Assembly (NCBI GenBank): GCA_013239625.1 | Contig: MU053557.1 | Coordinates: forward strand, 3,936,123 to 4,000,122 | Length of the DNA stretch: 64,000 bases | Reading direction: 5' to 3' | Source of the DNA: Lama guanicoe | Lineage: Eukaryota | Shown here: positions 11,535-25,385 of the stretch, in pieces | Numbering within the stretch: the first letter of the stretch is position 1 | Layout: each line of letters starts with the position of its first letter | The notes under the pieces: generated by a model | What the model was told of the DNA's origin: nothing | The model's database searches: none | The model's input: the letters and a program-made list of their open reading frames with translations, nothing else | Position numbers and translations under genes: made by a program

Positions 11535-12689
11535 GTAAACATCTTGTCACCTCCTTAGTCTAAGTCAGTGATAGGATCTCTTTGGCTTGCTTCTCTGTCA
11601 CTAGATTTCCTTTAAGTCTGTTTTCCTCCAACACCGTCCTTTTGTTTCCTTTGCACATGAACATGGGGAAAACTTCACTGCTAATGTAGTTCTCCCTCAT
11701 TTCTCTACATGCCCACAAGCTGCAATTTGGAGAAGAGACAGAATGAATAGCATATGGCACAAGGAAGCTGGGTAAATGACTTGGAAAGTATCTTCCCTCT
11801 GGCCCTAAATATTTCCATCCTTAGAAAAGAAGAGTTTGGCTAAACAAATTAGTTCTTATCAGCCAATCCTCTCAATATCCTATGATGTTCATACTTTTTC
11901 TGAGGTTCACACTTCTAAGAGATGTTGAAGCTAGAATTTGAACTTAGATTTCACTAATAGTTAACAGAGGTCATGAAAATCTTATGTACCTACATATGAG
12001 TCATAAAAATTATAAAAATCAATTATCCTGATTCATGCATCAGGAAAGATGTACATAATTTTTATGACCTCAGACTAACAATTCCATTTTCAATCCATTC
12101 TTTGTATTGGAGTGTATGTAACTGGCTTGGAAGAATAACTTAGGAAATGGAGGACTTCAATGTGGGAGAAACTGGTCCATCCCATGGAATCAAACAACTT
12201 GCATTATAAAGTGACAAATCCCTGACAGTGCAGAACAGTCTTTAGTGCGTACCTATTTTCCCAGAATTCCTATAAATTCTTAAAGTGTCCATATTCACTA
12301 ACATCAATGTCTCAGTTTAGATTATATATTGTAGGAGGAACCTATTTATTCATAAATTACATGATGGGGCCCTGATGAGAGCCCTAATGCTAATTCTTCT
12401 TCAAAGCCAAAATTGTGATTGTACAATGGCTTCTGGTAAGAAAAAAACAAAAACAAAAACGTTATTTTAATGTTTTTCCCCCCCTCTTTAGAGCAGAAGG
12501 GCCCTCTCAGGTCTGAATCCCTGGAGACCAGGCCACTGTGGGACCACCCTGGCCAAATTCATGGGAACGGCACCACCTCAGAGTAGTGGGTCTCTTACCT
12601 TTGGAAAGCCAGTTGTGCAAGAGATTAGGAATAAACTATTCTGAGCATTTTCACAGGCCTCACCAAAGCAGTACATTAGAGGAGGTCAA

Positions 12690-15600
12690 ATGGCTGCCCT
12701 TCCCTGCATGACCACGTTTTTCCTGGTATCCTCCACTTTGGCACATATTGTTTTTGCAGGTAAGGAAACATAGGTCTTGGGAGAGAAACATCTGGTTTTC
12801 TTTTACTTTGTAGGAAAGAATGAATCAATTTTCACTGGATTGAAAAAGTTTTGTTGAAACATAGGCCTTTGGGCTTGGTAACACAAGCTGGATGTCAACT
12901 GGCTATCGCTGTTAGAAAGGGAGTTACTGTGGAAAATCCTTCACTATGTCAAAAGTTAATAACATACTACTACGTAACCCATGGGTCAAGAGAAATCAAA
13001 AGGCCAATTTAAAACTATTTTGAATATGACGAAAATGAAACAAAATGAACAGAAGTTCAGATTCAAAGACATGTCACTGCCTCCATACCAGTTTCCTTCC
13101 CCTGCAGGCCCACCATCACCCTGTATGTAACCCACCTTACTGGTCTCTGATGTAGCTTTTCTGTTCTTTTGTTCAAATAAACATGCATATGAACATTTTG
13201 TTATGTTACTCTTCCTACTCTCTTACATAAAAGATAACATACTACAGGCACCTGTTTGCATCTTGCTTTTCTGAATTTACAAATGTCCTGAAAATTAGTA
13301 TGTTATCAGCTCACAGGGATTTCCTCATTCTTTTACACAATTGTACAAAACCTCATCAGACAGATGTACCTAAGTATATTTAACCAGTCTTAAGTGAGCC
13401 AGAAGGAGAAAAATACCATATGATATCACTCATACGTGGAATCTAAAAAAGAAGACACCAATGAACTCATCTACAAAATAGAAAACAGACCTGCAGACAT
13501 AGTAAACACTCTTATGGTTACCGGGGAAAGGGGGTGGGAAGGGATAAATTTGGGAGTTGAGATTTGCAGATATTGGCCACTATATATAAAAACATTTAAA
13601 AAAAATGTTTCTTCTGTATAATGCAGGGAACTGAGTTCAGTATCTTGTAATAACCTTTAGTGAAAAAAAATACGAAAACGAATATGTGTGTGTGACTGGC
13701 ACATTATGCAGTAGACCAGAAATTGACACATTGTAAGTGACGGTACTTCAATTAAAAAAAAACTCTGCTGCAATAAATAATCTTGTGCATACTGTACTGT
13801 TGGAGGTTTATCTTCAGAGTAAATTCCTTGAATTGCTATTCAATGTAAATGCAAAGTAGTTTTGTTCAGCACTGCCGAGTTTCACTCCATAAAAGGTTGT
13901 GCCAATTTGCATTCCCACCAATTGTAGACTAAAGGATCTCTTTCTCAGTAATTAACCTGACAGGTGAGAAATGGTATCTCAGTATAGTTTTAGTTAGCAT
14001 TTTTCTTATCATAGTGAATTTGAGTATCTTTCACAGATTTGAGGGTCACTGACATATTGTTGGGGTCTGTGTGTGTATATGTGTGTGTGTATGAATTGTA
14101 TCTGCATCCCATTTAGCAACTGGGGTTTTTCCTTCTTAAAGTATTCTTTATATATTAGGTATATTAGCCTTTTACCTGTGATATGTGTTGCAAATTTTTT
14201 TCCAGTTTGTCAGATACATTTTTAGTTTGTTTATGTTTATATTTTGTCACGAAAAAGTTATTTTTATTTGGGTGTAATAAAAGGAATCAGTCCTTTCTGT
14301 TATCACATGGAGATTAATGAGTCATTATCAGAAAGTCTTTCTTACATTAAGATTAAAGAACAATTCAGTTGTGTTATATTCTGATCCTTGTATGGTTTTG
14401 TTTTTTTATGTTCAGATCCTGATCCATCCTAAGTTTGTTCCTACGTATGGTATGCAGTATTTATATACATACATATGTTACTTTGTTTTACTTTTATTAG
14501 ATGAAGGCTTTTATTTTTCTTTTCTCGTAACTATGTCCAGCTGCTTTTGTCTTTAAAATATTCTGGCCTTTTAGAATCAGAGAGGAGCATTCCACCTTTT
14601 TTAGTCTCTGAAAGAGTATGTATATAATCAGCATAGTCTATTCCTGGAGAGACTCGTTTCCTTTGTGAGAAGATTTTAAAATATTCAAGTTTTCTCTTCT
14701 AACTTCGTAAATTCTAACTTTTGGAAAGCTAGACTTTCCTAGGACATTTTAAATATCTGACAGTGAGAGATAGGGAAGAGCAGAACTTTGATAGGTCTTT
14801 TCTCACTTTATTCTCCCACAGCCAGCTGGTCATCCTCTATCCCAAGGCAACACCAGCACCCCTCGCAGGAACTAGTTCACCGTATCCCTTGGGCTCTCCG
14901 GAGTCAAGGAACTCTGAAGTTTTCACATCATCACTCTTAGTATCCCCTTTAGTTCAGCATCCTGGTAGGAACTGGCCTAATATTTTATTTACTATATCAC
15001 ATTTAATTTTTACAGCAATCTTTGAAATGCATATATTTATTCCAACAGTAGTGAAGAGGAAACGGTAGCCAACAAAAGTAACTGAATGAAAATCACATGA
15101 TTTGCAAATTATGCATACAACCCCAAACACTACCCACAAATTTTGCTGCCATAAATTATTTTGTATACTTTGTGCAAATGAATATTCAGTGGGTGAAATC
15201 ATATCCTATGGAAAACAATTTCTTTTAACTTACTATGTCTGTACTTTATTTGTAGGTATAGTCAAACCACGTGACCACTCTAGATGGCCTAAGGTAAATT
15301 TAAATTTCTCAGTTCTGAATTCTGATTCTAATTTGACCACTCTCTTGACATGAGAGACCTAAAACTTCATTGTGGTAAAGTAGAATGGAAGTTTTCTATG
15401 GGACTTTGGGCAGGCATCTTAACTTCTCCAGGCTTAGATTTACCCCCATGTAGCACAAGCAATGTAATAGTACAATACATCTCTGAACATTAAAAGAAAT
15501 AATATCTGTCACTAGTCCAAGACCATGAAGTGTAACAGTGGTATACACAGAATTTGATCTCAGTCTCAAAACAGAACCTTCACTTTAACAGCTACATTTG

Positions 15601-17169
15601 AGCCCGTCTCCTAGGAATTCACGAACACATAACTATCTCTACTTACACACTTTTTATAATGAGTTACTAGCATTGGGACATTGGGACTCCAGGTTTAAAT
15701 GAAAACTTTGCATTTGGAGTTTAAACTGAGTTATTATAATGCTTATGACTTTAAGAGATGATAGATGGGCGAGGACATTATAGTCAGAAAAAAACTTGCC
15801 TGACCAAAGCACAGAGAGGAAATCCCTGAAAAAGATCAACTGATTAGTAATATCTGATATTATTTCTGTGTAGGGCAGAAGTGACAGGCCAGGAATAGAT
15901 GAAGGAAAATCTATCAACTGTTATTCATATGATATTTTATGACATCTGCAGCCCAATTGTAAAATGTACTACCCAGTGGATCCTTCTTATGACTCAACCT
16001 GTCCTGATGTAACAGCATATGTTTGTGCTACAAATGGCCAGATTTACCAGAATGAATGTTTTCTTTGTCTTGCTCAGTGGTAAGTTCAAAAAAAAGTACC
16101 ATTGTTTTTTTCTCTTTAGTTCTTCACAGAAATTTCAAAGTAAGTTCTGAAATGGTTGATAGTATTTCCAAAAAATCAGATTTTCTCTAAAAATATAGAT
16201 TTCCAGCATCTTTAAAAAAATCAAACATTATACTGTTAGTAAGCTGGATTTCACAGACAAGAAATAAGCCACAGCTGTCTAGTAACGCTACCCATCTAAA
16301 GGGGGTTTGGGTGTTCCGGAAACCTGCAGTCCCATCTCTTTCTGTTGAGGGAGGGTGGCTCGCTTCACATTTTATAATACCAGCTCGACTCTTACAAGGA
16401 GTTATGTTTATAGCCCCTGAACCACGTGAGAAACTAGGTATGTATCAAATATGAACCTGATATGGGGGTCAGTGTGGGAAGTCTCTGAAAGGAAGAGGCA
16501 GTTAAAGTATTCTTGAAGAAAAATGCAAAAGAAAATAGAATGGGTGATTTACACAGGGCTCACTGCTTGGGAAAACACGTGGAACTGCAGAAACGCACAA
16601 TGTCTTTAGGGAAATAGTGAAGATAAAAATTGTGTTGAAAAGAATGTTATGTATTTAAAGAATAGTAATATATAAGGGTGGAAAGTTAGGCAGAGGTCAG
16701 TCTTCTGGGAAACGTAAACACCACAGTAAGGAAAATAGATTCGTCTATGGGCAGTGTAAACCTAGTGAAGATTTGAACAGAGAATGTGAATTATGCACAA
16801 CATTATTACTGTGGTTATCTTTTACTGCTTGGTAGAAAAATCTGGCATTGCTACATTGACTGGAAAGGTATTAAAATGGGAATGGGTTAGGGACTGAAAG
16901 ACTCTCTTTTGGAAACCTTCACAGAGCACTTGCTGAATAATCAAGACATAGAGGAGGAATGTACCAACTGTGGTGGTGATGGACAGGCCGGGAAGGGGTA
17001 GGGGGAAGGGAACTGGAGAAGCAGCTCCATTTCTCAGGACTTCATTTAGAAGAGAAGGGAAGGTGAAGTAAGACCCATTTTCCTTTATGATACTAATCTC
17101 TTGTTTTCTCTTTTCTTTAGGGAATTGGGTCATCGTATTAAATTTGATAAATATGGAAAGTGTTACTAA
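12690..17169 (+). CDS. SPINK13: Serine protease inhibitor Kazal-type 13, 94 aa. Coding exons 12690-12759, 15256-15293, 15952-16079, 17121-17169
   Basis: 70+38+128+49 = 285 nt with GT/AG introns. MAALPCMTTFFLVSSTLAHIVFAGIVKPRDHSRWPKPNCKMYYPVDPSYDSTCPDVTAYVCATNGQIYQNECFLCLAQWELGHRIKFDKYGKCY*. Six-Cys Kazal domain; matches recalled human SPINK13 in length and motifs (RWPKP.CKMY, QNECF.C, RIKF.KYGKC). Confidence 0.95.
13050..14560 (-). mobile_element. Old decayed L1 (L1M-type) fragments
   Basis: Antisense L1 motifs such as ttgcattcccacca, ggtgagaaatggtatctc, tgttgcaaatttttttccagtttgtc; boundaries approximate. Confidence 0.6.
13392..13762 (+). mobile_element. Young L1 3' fragment inserted into an older minus-strand L1 within a SPINK13 intron
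   Basis: aagtgagccagaaggagaaaaataccatatgatatcactc...acttcaattaaaaaaaaa. Confidence 0.85.
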
Positions 17170-17244
17170 TGGGTAACAGAGTACTATACTTGTTTATTCT
17201 CTTTACTAATTCTGAAAATTATTTCTTTTGGAATCTGAGGGTGT

Positions 17245-17250
17245 AATAAA
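17245..17250 (+). terminator. SPINK13 polyadenylation signal
   Basis: AATAAA about 75 nt after the stop codon. Confidence 0.7.
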
Positions 17251-17399
17251 TAACATACCTCTAAGCTGTACCCAAATCTGGAACAAATGATAAACAAAAG
17301 AAAACGAATGGACAGCAGAATGTTACATTTATCACAAACACAACAATGAAAGAGGTGGTAAATATTCATCTCTGGGCACTGATTGTTTGAAGTCAGCTT

Positions 17400-17852
17400 T
17401 CGTTTTGCTTAGGTCTGAGGTATGTTACCCAGTGGTCTCACAAACACTTCCCTGAATTCAGTTTACCCCACAGCGCAGGGTCATCTGCAGGGTCATCTGC
17501 AGGGTCAGACCCTGCCCCGCTAATCTCACTTAAAGACACGAGCCAAAGAGAAACTGTCCCCCTCACATGTGCACACAGTTGTTTCAGGCTTTCTGCCTCA
17601 TATTCATGAATGAAGCCCACCTTCATTAAGAGAGGAAAAGGTCCACATGCTAATAGAAGGAGGCAGAAGGAGAGCTAAGAGTTTTGGAGAGAAAGGGAAA
17701 GAGTGGATACCATCTGATCCCCTAGTTCCAGCATACCTAATTCTCACTCCATCCCACCGTTCCCATTACATCAGTCAATGAATTCCCTTTTATTTTCTTT
17801 GCTTAATATGCTCTATAATCTGTCACTTATAGCTGAAAGATCTTGACTAATA
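17400..17852 (+). mobile_element. MaLR (MLT1-like) LTR remnant
   Basis: Characteristic 3' end (tcagtcaatgaattccctttt...tgtcacttatagctgaaagatcttgactaata); 5' boundary approximate. Confidence 0.5.
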
Positions 17853-19499
17853 TAGGGAAGTGAAGTCACTATTATACTTGAGGCCGGGGAAATGAAGTGA
17901 AAAGCTCTGTGTTTTTACCTGGTGTGGCCAATAGATGTCAGTGTTACTCATCTAACTTAATCATTTAACCAGAAGGGTCCAGAAAGCACACAATTCTACT
18001 TTCTCCATCACCTATCCAGCTAATACACAGTCCACCTGTGCCAGGATGGAGACCCTTGTCGTCTTATGTCTTCCTTACCCCTGTCCCCAGTGCCCTTGGT
18101 CAGTAGGGTCCATCTGAGTGGCTCTCTTTGGAGTTGATGCAATAAAGTTTCAGGTATTTCAAGTCCCTCAAACTAAAGGGTCTCTTAAAATACAGACCTT
18201 CTCTTGTTAAGTTTGATCATCTTGTATAGTTACAACACTATTTCATTATTTCATCTTACCATCTCTGCCTCACTAAAAATAACAAAAGCAAAATCTTCTC
18301 CCACAAAGAGGGATGGAGGTACAACTCATCCCACCACAGAATAAAAAGGAGAGAATTGGGAAACTTCTAATTTATTTTTCCCTTTTCAAAAGAGAGCCTG
18401 CAATTATTCTACTTTACGAGGGAAATAAAAAGGGCATAGTCAGAAATCCCTGATTCCTAAGTGTCTTCTCTATTGTGCGAAATGCTGCCTGGGAGACAGA
18501 TGTGAACACACACGTGGTAACTAAGCACATACAAAGTGTCAGCTGAGAATGGAAATAATCACCTAAAGTTTCATATGAGAACACAAGTGTTCCAGTGAAG
18601 GAAGGGCAGTTTGACATCTTTACCAGCTTTATGGGCAGAGGTAGAGTTCTGAGAATAGTTTGCCCATGCTGAGTGAGCACACGCACCTTGCCAAGTGCTG
18701 TAAGTGTTTTCTTTGTCGCAGTTAATCTTCTCCACGGTCCTGTAAGCCTGATACCATTATCATCGCCATTTGACAGATGAGGAAATTAAATTTAGACAAG
18801 GTAAACTATACAATCTTGTAGTTTATAAAGAAGGAATGAAATTTAAATTCAATTATCCTGTTCCTAACCACAACCTTATGTTGTCTGTGGACCCAAATGG
18901 GACTAGAAAAAGAGAGCCTATAGATGCAGTAATGGACAAGTAACATACCAAAATAAAACTCTGCTTTCAGAATTATGAAAACAATTCTCAAACGGGAGTC
19001 AGTTTTCCTGCTTACTTTTCACATACTTGAAACAAATTAGTTAATATAACATCAGCTTTTTAGGTCTGGTCTGCCATTTCTCTGTTTTCTGATCTCCAGA
19101 TCTATTTATTCTCCATTAAACTGTAAGAAAAAATTTTGGAGCACAGGCAAATAAAATCTATTCATTTAGCAAACATTAGGTCCCTATACTGTGCCAGACG
19201 TTGTTGTAGGCACTGGGTAGATAAGGCCTCTATTCTCAAGGAGTTCACATTCAGATGGCCTTCTGCAAGAGCTTAGTGTTGAGAACAACAACAACAAAAT
19301 AAACAAAACATGGAATAACAGTATCAGGAGGGGACACTGCCTGCTGTAAGCAGAGAGATGGCCAGAGGGGACCAGCAGTCAAGAGCAGCTGTTGAGATCA
19401 GAGAGATCTGGGAGATACAATGATGTTATGTAGGTAGGCTTTAAAGCCATGGATATAAGGCTCAGTCTTATTCTAAATGAGATGAAAACCAATTAAAAG

Positions 19500-21415
19500 G
19501 ATATTCCTATTAACATACAGAAACCAGTTGCATTTCTTTACACTAACAATGAAATAGCAGGAAAAGAAAGTGAAGAAGCAATCCCCTTTAAAATCACATC
19601 CAAAACAGTAAAATACTTAGGAATAAATTTGACCAAGGAGGTGAAAGACTTATACATGGACAACTACTGATTAAGGAAATTAAAGATGACTTAAAGCAAT
19701 GGAAAGATATCTCATGCTCTTGGATTGAAAGAATCAATATTGTTAAAATGGTCATACTGCCCAAGGCAATCTACAGATTTCATGTGATCCCTAATTACCC
19801 AGGTCATTTTTAACAGAAGTAGAACAAATAATCGTGAAATTTATATGGAATCACAAAAGACCCAGAATTGCCAAAGCAATACTGAACAAAAAGAATGAAG
19901 CTGGAGGAATAACCCTCCCAGACTTCAGACAATGCTTCAGAGTTACAGTTACCAAAACAACATGGCATTGGCATAAAAACAGACATATAGATCAATGGAA
20001 CAGAACAGACAGCCCCGAAATAAACCCACAGACCTAGACTCAATTAATCTTGGACAAAGGAGGCAAGAATATATAGTGGAGAAAAGAGTGTCTCTTCAGC
20101 AAGTGGACAGCCACATGTAAATCAATGCAGTTATTAGAACACTCCCTCACACCATACACAAAAATAAACTCAACATGGCTTAAAGACTTAAATATAAGAC
20201 AAGACATAATAAACCTCCTAGAAGAAAAATAGGCAAAACATTCTCTGACATAAATCTTAGCAATGTTGTCCTAGGGCAGTCTACCCAGGCAATAGAAATA
20301 AGAGCAAAAATAAGCAAAGAGGACCTAATTAAACGTATAAGCTTTTACACAGCAAAGGAAACCATAAGTAAAACAAAAAGACAACCTACAAAATGGGAGA
20401 AAATATTTGCAAATGATGAGACTGACAGTGGCTTAATTTCCAGAATATATAAACATCTCACACAACTTAATAACAAAAAAACGAACAATCCAATCCAAAA
20501 ATGGGCAGAAGACCTAAACAAGCAATTCTCCAATGAAGACAAATGGCCAACAGGCACATGAAAAAATGCTCAGTATCACTAATTATCAGAAAAATGCAAA
20601 TCAAAACTGCAAGTGAGGTATCACCCTACACCAGTCAGAATGGTCATCATTCAAAAGTCCACAATCAATAAACAGTGGAGATGGTGTAGAGAAAAGGGAA
20701 CCCTCCTACACTGTTGGTAGGAATGTAAACTGGTGCAGCCACTCTGGAAAACAGTATTGAGATTCCTCAAAAAATTAAAAATAGACTTACTATATGATCC
20801 AGCAATCCCAGTCCTGGGCATATATCTGGAGGGAACTCTAATTCAAAAAGCTACATACACCTAACGTACATAGCAGCACTATATACAATAGCTGAAACAT
20901 GGAAACAACCTAAATGTCCATCAGCAGATGACTGGATAAAGAAGCTGTGGTATATTTATATAACGGAATACTACTCAGCCATAAAAAAGAATAAAATAAT
21001 GCCATTTGCAGCAACATGGATGAACCTAGAGATCGTCATTCTAAGTGAAGTAAGCCAGAAAGAGAAAGAAAAATACCATATAATATCACTCATATGTTGA
21101 ATCTAAAAAAAACACAGGACACTAATGAATTAATCTACAAAACAGAAAGACTCTCAGACATAGTAAACAATCTTATGGTTACTGGGGGAAAGGGTGTGGG
21201 AAGGGATAACTTTGGGAGTTTGAGATTTTCAAATGTTAGCCATTTTAAATATTTTAAAGAACAAGTTTCTTCTGTACAGCACAGGTAACTATATTCAATA
21301 TCTTGTAACAACCTTTAATGAAAAAATACGTATATGTGTGGCTGGGACATTGTGCTGTACATGAGAAACTGACACACTGTAAATGATTGTACTTCAGTTT
21401 ATTAAAAAAAAAAAA
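19500..21415 (+). mobile_element. 5'-truncated L1 (ORF2 C-terminal part, 3' UTR, poly(A))
   Basis: ORF2 peptide [30 protein letters not shown]; frameshifts and stops; A-tail at ~21404-21415. Confidence 0.95.
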
Positions 21416-22629
21416 GGTTGAATTATCTTAAGTTCCAGTGAAGTAGCCTTCATTTCTTTTTAAATTCACTGATGTTAAAGACTACTTCTCCTAAGTGCTG
21501 GGTGCATTCTGTGTTACTCTACCTTTTGACTAATAATGTGGAGTCTTAGGGCTATTCATTCATTTAGTAATTATTTAATAAGTAGTTCCTACTCTGCCCA
21601 GTGCACTCTGCTAAGGTCAAACAAGACAGGCAAGATTCTGTTCTGGTGGAACCTGCATTCTAGTGGTGAGAGATGAATAATATACAAATAAAGGAACAGG
21701 CAATGCCAGATTGTAAGGAATGCTGTAATGAAAATGAATTAAAACAATATATATATAATAACAAGTAAGGCATATAACAGAGCTCAATAAATAGATGCTA
21801 GATGCTAAATGAATACTGGCAACCATAACTCCTAGACACAGACTCCAACTGAAATCAGCATAATAAAAGCTTATAATAGAAAATAAGAAAAATGGGGAAA
21901 AAAGGCAATTTAAATAAAAAAATAGATGAAAGAATTTTTCAGTCCAATCTCACATAGAATTCACTATAAAAACATTTAGCCTAACCATGGAAAACATGCT
22001 ACAGCCTATCCGATTTACAAGTTGAATGTTTTAAAGAAAAACCAGCTACTGTATATAACACTGGAACTGGAGAAAATGGACTCCCTCAGCAGGGGACGTT
22101 GCCAGCGGCCAATACACCTGCTGTTCCCTCTACACTATCTGATTCCCTGGCTCAAAGAGGGTTCCAACTTCTTCGCACACAATCCTCAACCTTACTTATC
22201 ACTTTTACATATTAAGGTTCCGAGGAGGGGTTTTTCAACTTGAAAACCTGAAGCACCAATCTAGGTTAGCCTCAGTATCTGTGGCGAAAGAAGAAAGCAC
22301 CGGGTGGAGAAGGACGGTCACAGCACTGCACCTTTGACAGATGAGACTATGGGCACAGGGAAGGAGCCCTTGCCTCCTGATTCTCAATCTTCCCCTTTCC
22401 CACTGGGAACCTCCTTTCCAGATGCCTCCCCTCTCCACATGAAAATGCTGTGCACTCTGACCTAGTGCTCACCCCTCTGCCTACTCAAAACATCAGCTAT
22501 CCCTCCTGACTGCTCTGATTTGACGGCTGTTTACTTCTGTAACTCCAATTTCCAATGCCGTCTCCAAGTTTACCTCTTAGATTTAGATTTAAAGGCAATA
22601 CACAAGAGTGATCAAAAAGAATGGGCTCT

Positions 22630-22717
22630 TGGGTGCATATGGCTCAGTGGTAGAGCACATGCTTAGCATGCACAAGGTTCTGGGTTCAATCCCCAGTATC
22701 TCCATTAAAGAAAAAAA
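22630..22717 (+). mobile_element. tRNA-derived SINE (camelid vic-1-like)
   Basis: A box tggctcagtggtagagc, B box ggttcaatccc, A-rich tail, degenerate TSD aaaagaatgggctctt / aaaagcatcggttctt. Confidence 0.8.
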
Positions 22718-23946
22718 GCATCGGTTCTTAACCTTAAACCTACCACTTCTCTAAGCCCCTCTAGCCTCAGCTGAGTAACAGGGCAAATAACTGCACCTGT
22801 CTCATAAGACTGTCTTAAATGAGATCATGCACACTTTTCTCTAATTTTTATGTTTGCCTGCATTAATTCTATCCTGCCTTCCCTAGAATTGAACCATGGG
22901 CCCAGGGATCCTCTGTGAGAAGGCCTCAAGTTCCCACCCTGACCCCTTGCAGGAATAGGAGGAGGAATATACATACTGCCCTCAGTCTGAAATGGACTGC
23001 TTTTCTATCTTCACAGTCTTCATCTTTCACCCTCAATGGACCCTCCACAAATTTGTGGCTCACTGTGCAGCCTGAAAATTTTGTCTCCATAAAAACAGCT
23101 ACCGAAACTCAAAGCAACCAGACATCTGATCCTCTGACCTTGACCAAAGAGGTCAGGAGACATTTTTTGAATCTAAAGACCTTCTCCACCCATTCTTTAT
23201 CTATTCTATCTTTGGATACACCTTGAGGATCATTATCTCAGCCCCACCCTTGAGAAACTAAATCTGGCACTTTGCCTATTAGCCACAGCCTCCACTGACA
23301 ACTGTTTATATCCCCCACCCAACTAGGTCCACAATTTACCTGAACTTTGACCTCTAAACCTACACTGCTGGCATCATGCATAGTTTATCCGAACCTTGTG
23401 AGACACTTGACTCCCTTGCAAGCCTAATAGTCTTTACAGCCCCCTCAAGTCTCTGATGAACATACTTTCTATCCATAAAAGCATCTTTTTTTCCCCATTT
23501 CTCACTCCCAGAATATTTGGGGAGAAATATTAAGCATGGTACTGACTGGGCCTACTGAAAACTAGTACTAAGTCTGTCTAGTGGCCACTAATTTTTATAT
23601 CTTTTGTTGATTATCTGACTTGCTCCCATCAAGGTCAGTGCCAGGTCTTCTTCATTCTTCTCCAGCTTCCAAACCAATTTGATTCTTCCACTGCAAAAGG
23701 CAACCCCAGAACTCACCAGTCAGAGCCAACCTTATGATGGGTTCCCCTTTATCTTTCTTTCTCTCCTTTTCACAGTATCTGACTCTACACTCATCCACTC
23801 TTCTCTGTCTTCCATGTAAGAGGGAATGGTGATTCACCTGTGCTCTTCATCTTATTTCTAACTTTTCTATACTCTAACTAGACACCCACCATCATGTATC
23901 TTAAATTTCTTCTTCTTCCCTTTGGCTTTAAAATATGCTCAGTCCA

Positions 23947-24867
23947 GTAGAATAGATAAACAAGATTATACTGTATAGCACAGGGAAATATATACAAGAT
24001 CTTGTGGTAGCTCACAGCGAAAAACAATGTGACAACGAATATATGTTCATGTATAACTTAAAAATTATGCTCTACACTGGAATTTGACACAACATTGTAA
24101 AATGATACACTGGAATTTGACACAACATTGTAAAATGATTATAACAATAAAAAATGTTAAAAAAATAAATGAAATATAATAATGATGCAGGAAAACAGAT
24201 GTGGGGTGTGAGGAGAGCCAAGTCCCAGGTCTTGGTTGAGCCCCTGGGACATGCCCCACCAAGTGTGGGTCCTTGGCTTCGCGCAGTAAAGAATTCAAGT
24301 GTGAGCCACCATTGAGTAAAGGTAGATTTATTTAGAGTGATACATACTGCATACATAGAGTGTAAGGCAAGAGAAAAGCAAGGGAAGAGATACGGGAATT
24401 GGGTGCTCAGGTTAAAAGTAAAAGTAGGTACACACTCCATAGACAGAGTGCGGGCCATCTTCAAAGGAGAGAGAGCGCAAAGGGGCCACTAGGTGTGGTG
24501 GTGTCACTTTTTATGGTTTCAGCAGCTTCACACGCCTACAGGTGGGATCAATCCAACTGCCCTGGGGAAGGGGCTGGGACTACCAGGAGTTGGGCCACCG
24601 CCCATTCTTTGGCCTTTCGCGGTTAACCTTGGGGCTGTCATGGCGCCTGTGTGCATGTTATTTGATCACATTGTTACAATGAGCATATAATGAAGCTCAA
24701 GGTCTGCTAGAAGTTAAACCTCTTAATCCTTAAGGCCAACTAGGAGGTGAACCTTCCACCATTTTGGTGAATCTTCCACCATTTTGGTGTTAAATTGCTG
24801 TCATTCCTTGAGTGGTTGTGCCCTACCCCCTTCCCTCCTGTCTTAATAACAGTCTTATACAAAAAAA
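23947..24867 (+). mobile_element. L1 3' end insertion with a nested LTR and a 33-bp internal tandem duplication
   Basis: Perfect 17-bp TSD aaaatatgctcagtcca (23930-23946, 24868-24884); tacactggaatttgacacaacattgtaaaatga duplicated (24073-24105, 24106-24138). Confidence 0.85.
24183..24845 (-). mobile_element. ERV1-class solo LTR
   Basis: 4-bp TSD ATAA (24179-24182, 24846-24849); minus strand begins taagacaggagggaaggggtagggcacaacc and ends in CA; AATAAA on the minus strand at ~24332. Confidence 0.85.
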
Positions 24868-25385
24868 AAAATATGCTCAGTCCATCCTAGACCTTGCTGA
24901 AGCCTTGCTTCTTCCATTCCCCAACTTGACTATCAAACATTTTAAAACAACAACAACAAACAAAACAAAACCAAAACCCAAACAAACAAAACCTACCTTT
25001 TCGCTTCATCCTGATTACCCTTTGATTCCATTTCCAATCCTTTTAGCTACAACTGCATTTCAAATTCCAGCAAATTTCTGCTTGAAACATAATGGCTTTT
25101 TCTCAGTATTCATTATCTCCAAACGTTCATAGCAAACAATAAAACTTATAATTAACTCTTTATTAGGACATTCACTGCCCTTTTTTTCCATGACTTAACT
25201 CAACAGTTTCCTACATTAATTAGTATCATAATCTTGGTAAGATTACTTAAATCCCGAGTCTCATCTTACTCACTGATAAAATTAGGGTAATAAAAATTCC
25301 TCCCTCGATGAGTTGTCATAAAGATCACATTCCATATTATTAGTTACCCTATACTGAGCTCTAATTATGACCTTAGCACTGGTAC

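Noticed and set aside
17473..17508. 12-bp tandem repeat (gcagggtcatct) about three times
   Set aside because: Short slippage repeat within an MLT-like remnant; no evidence of function.
22630..22705. tRNA-Ala-like sequences (also 58085 and 61800-61878)
   Set aside because: A-rich tails, TSDs and degenerate stems indicate SINEs, not tRNA genes.
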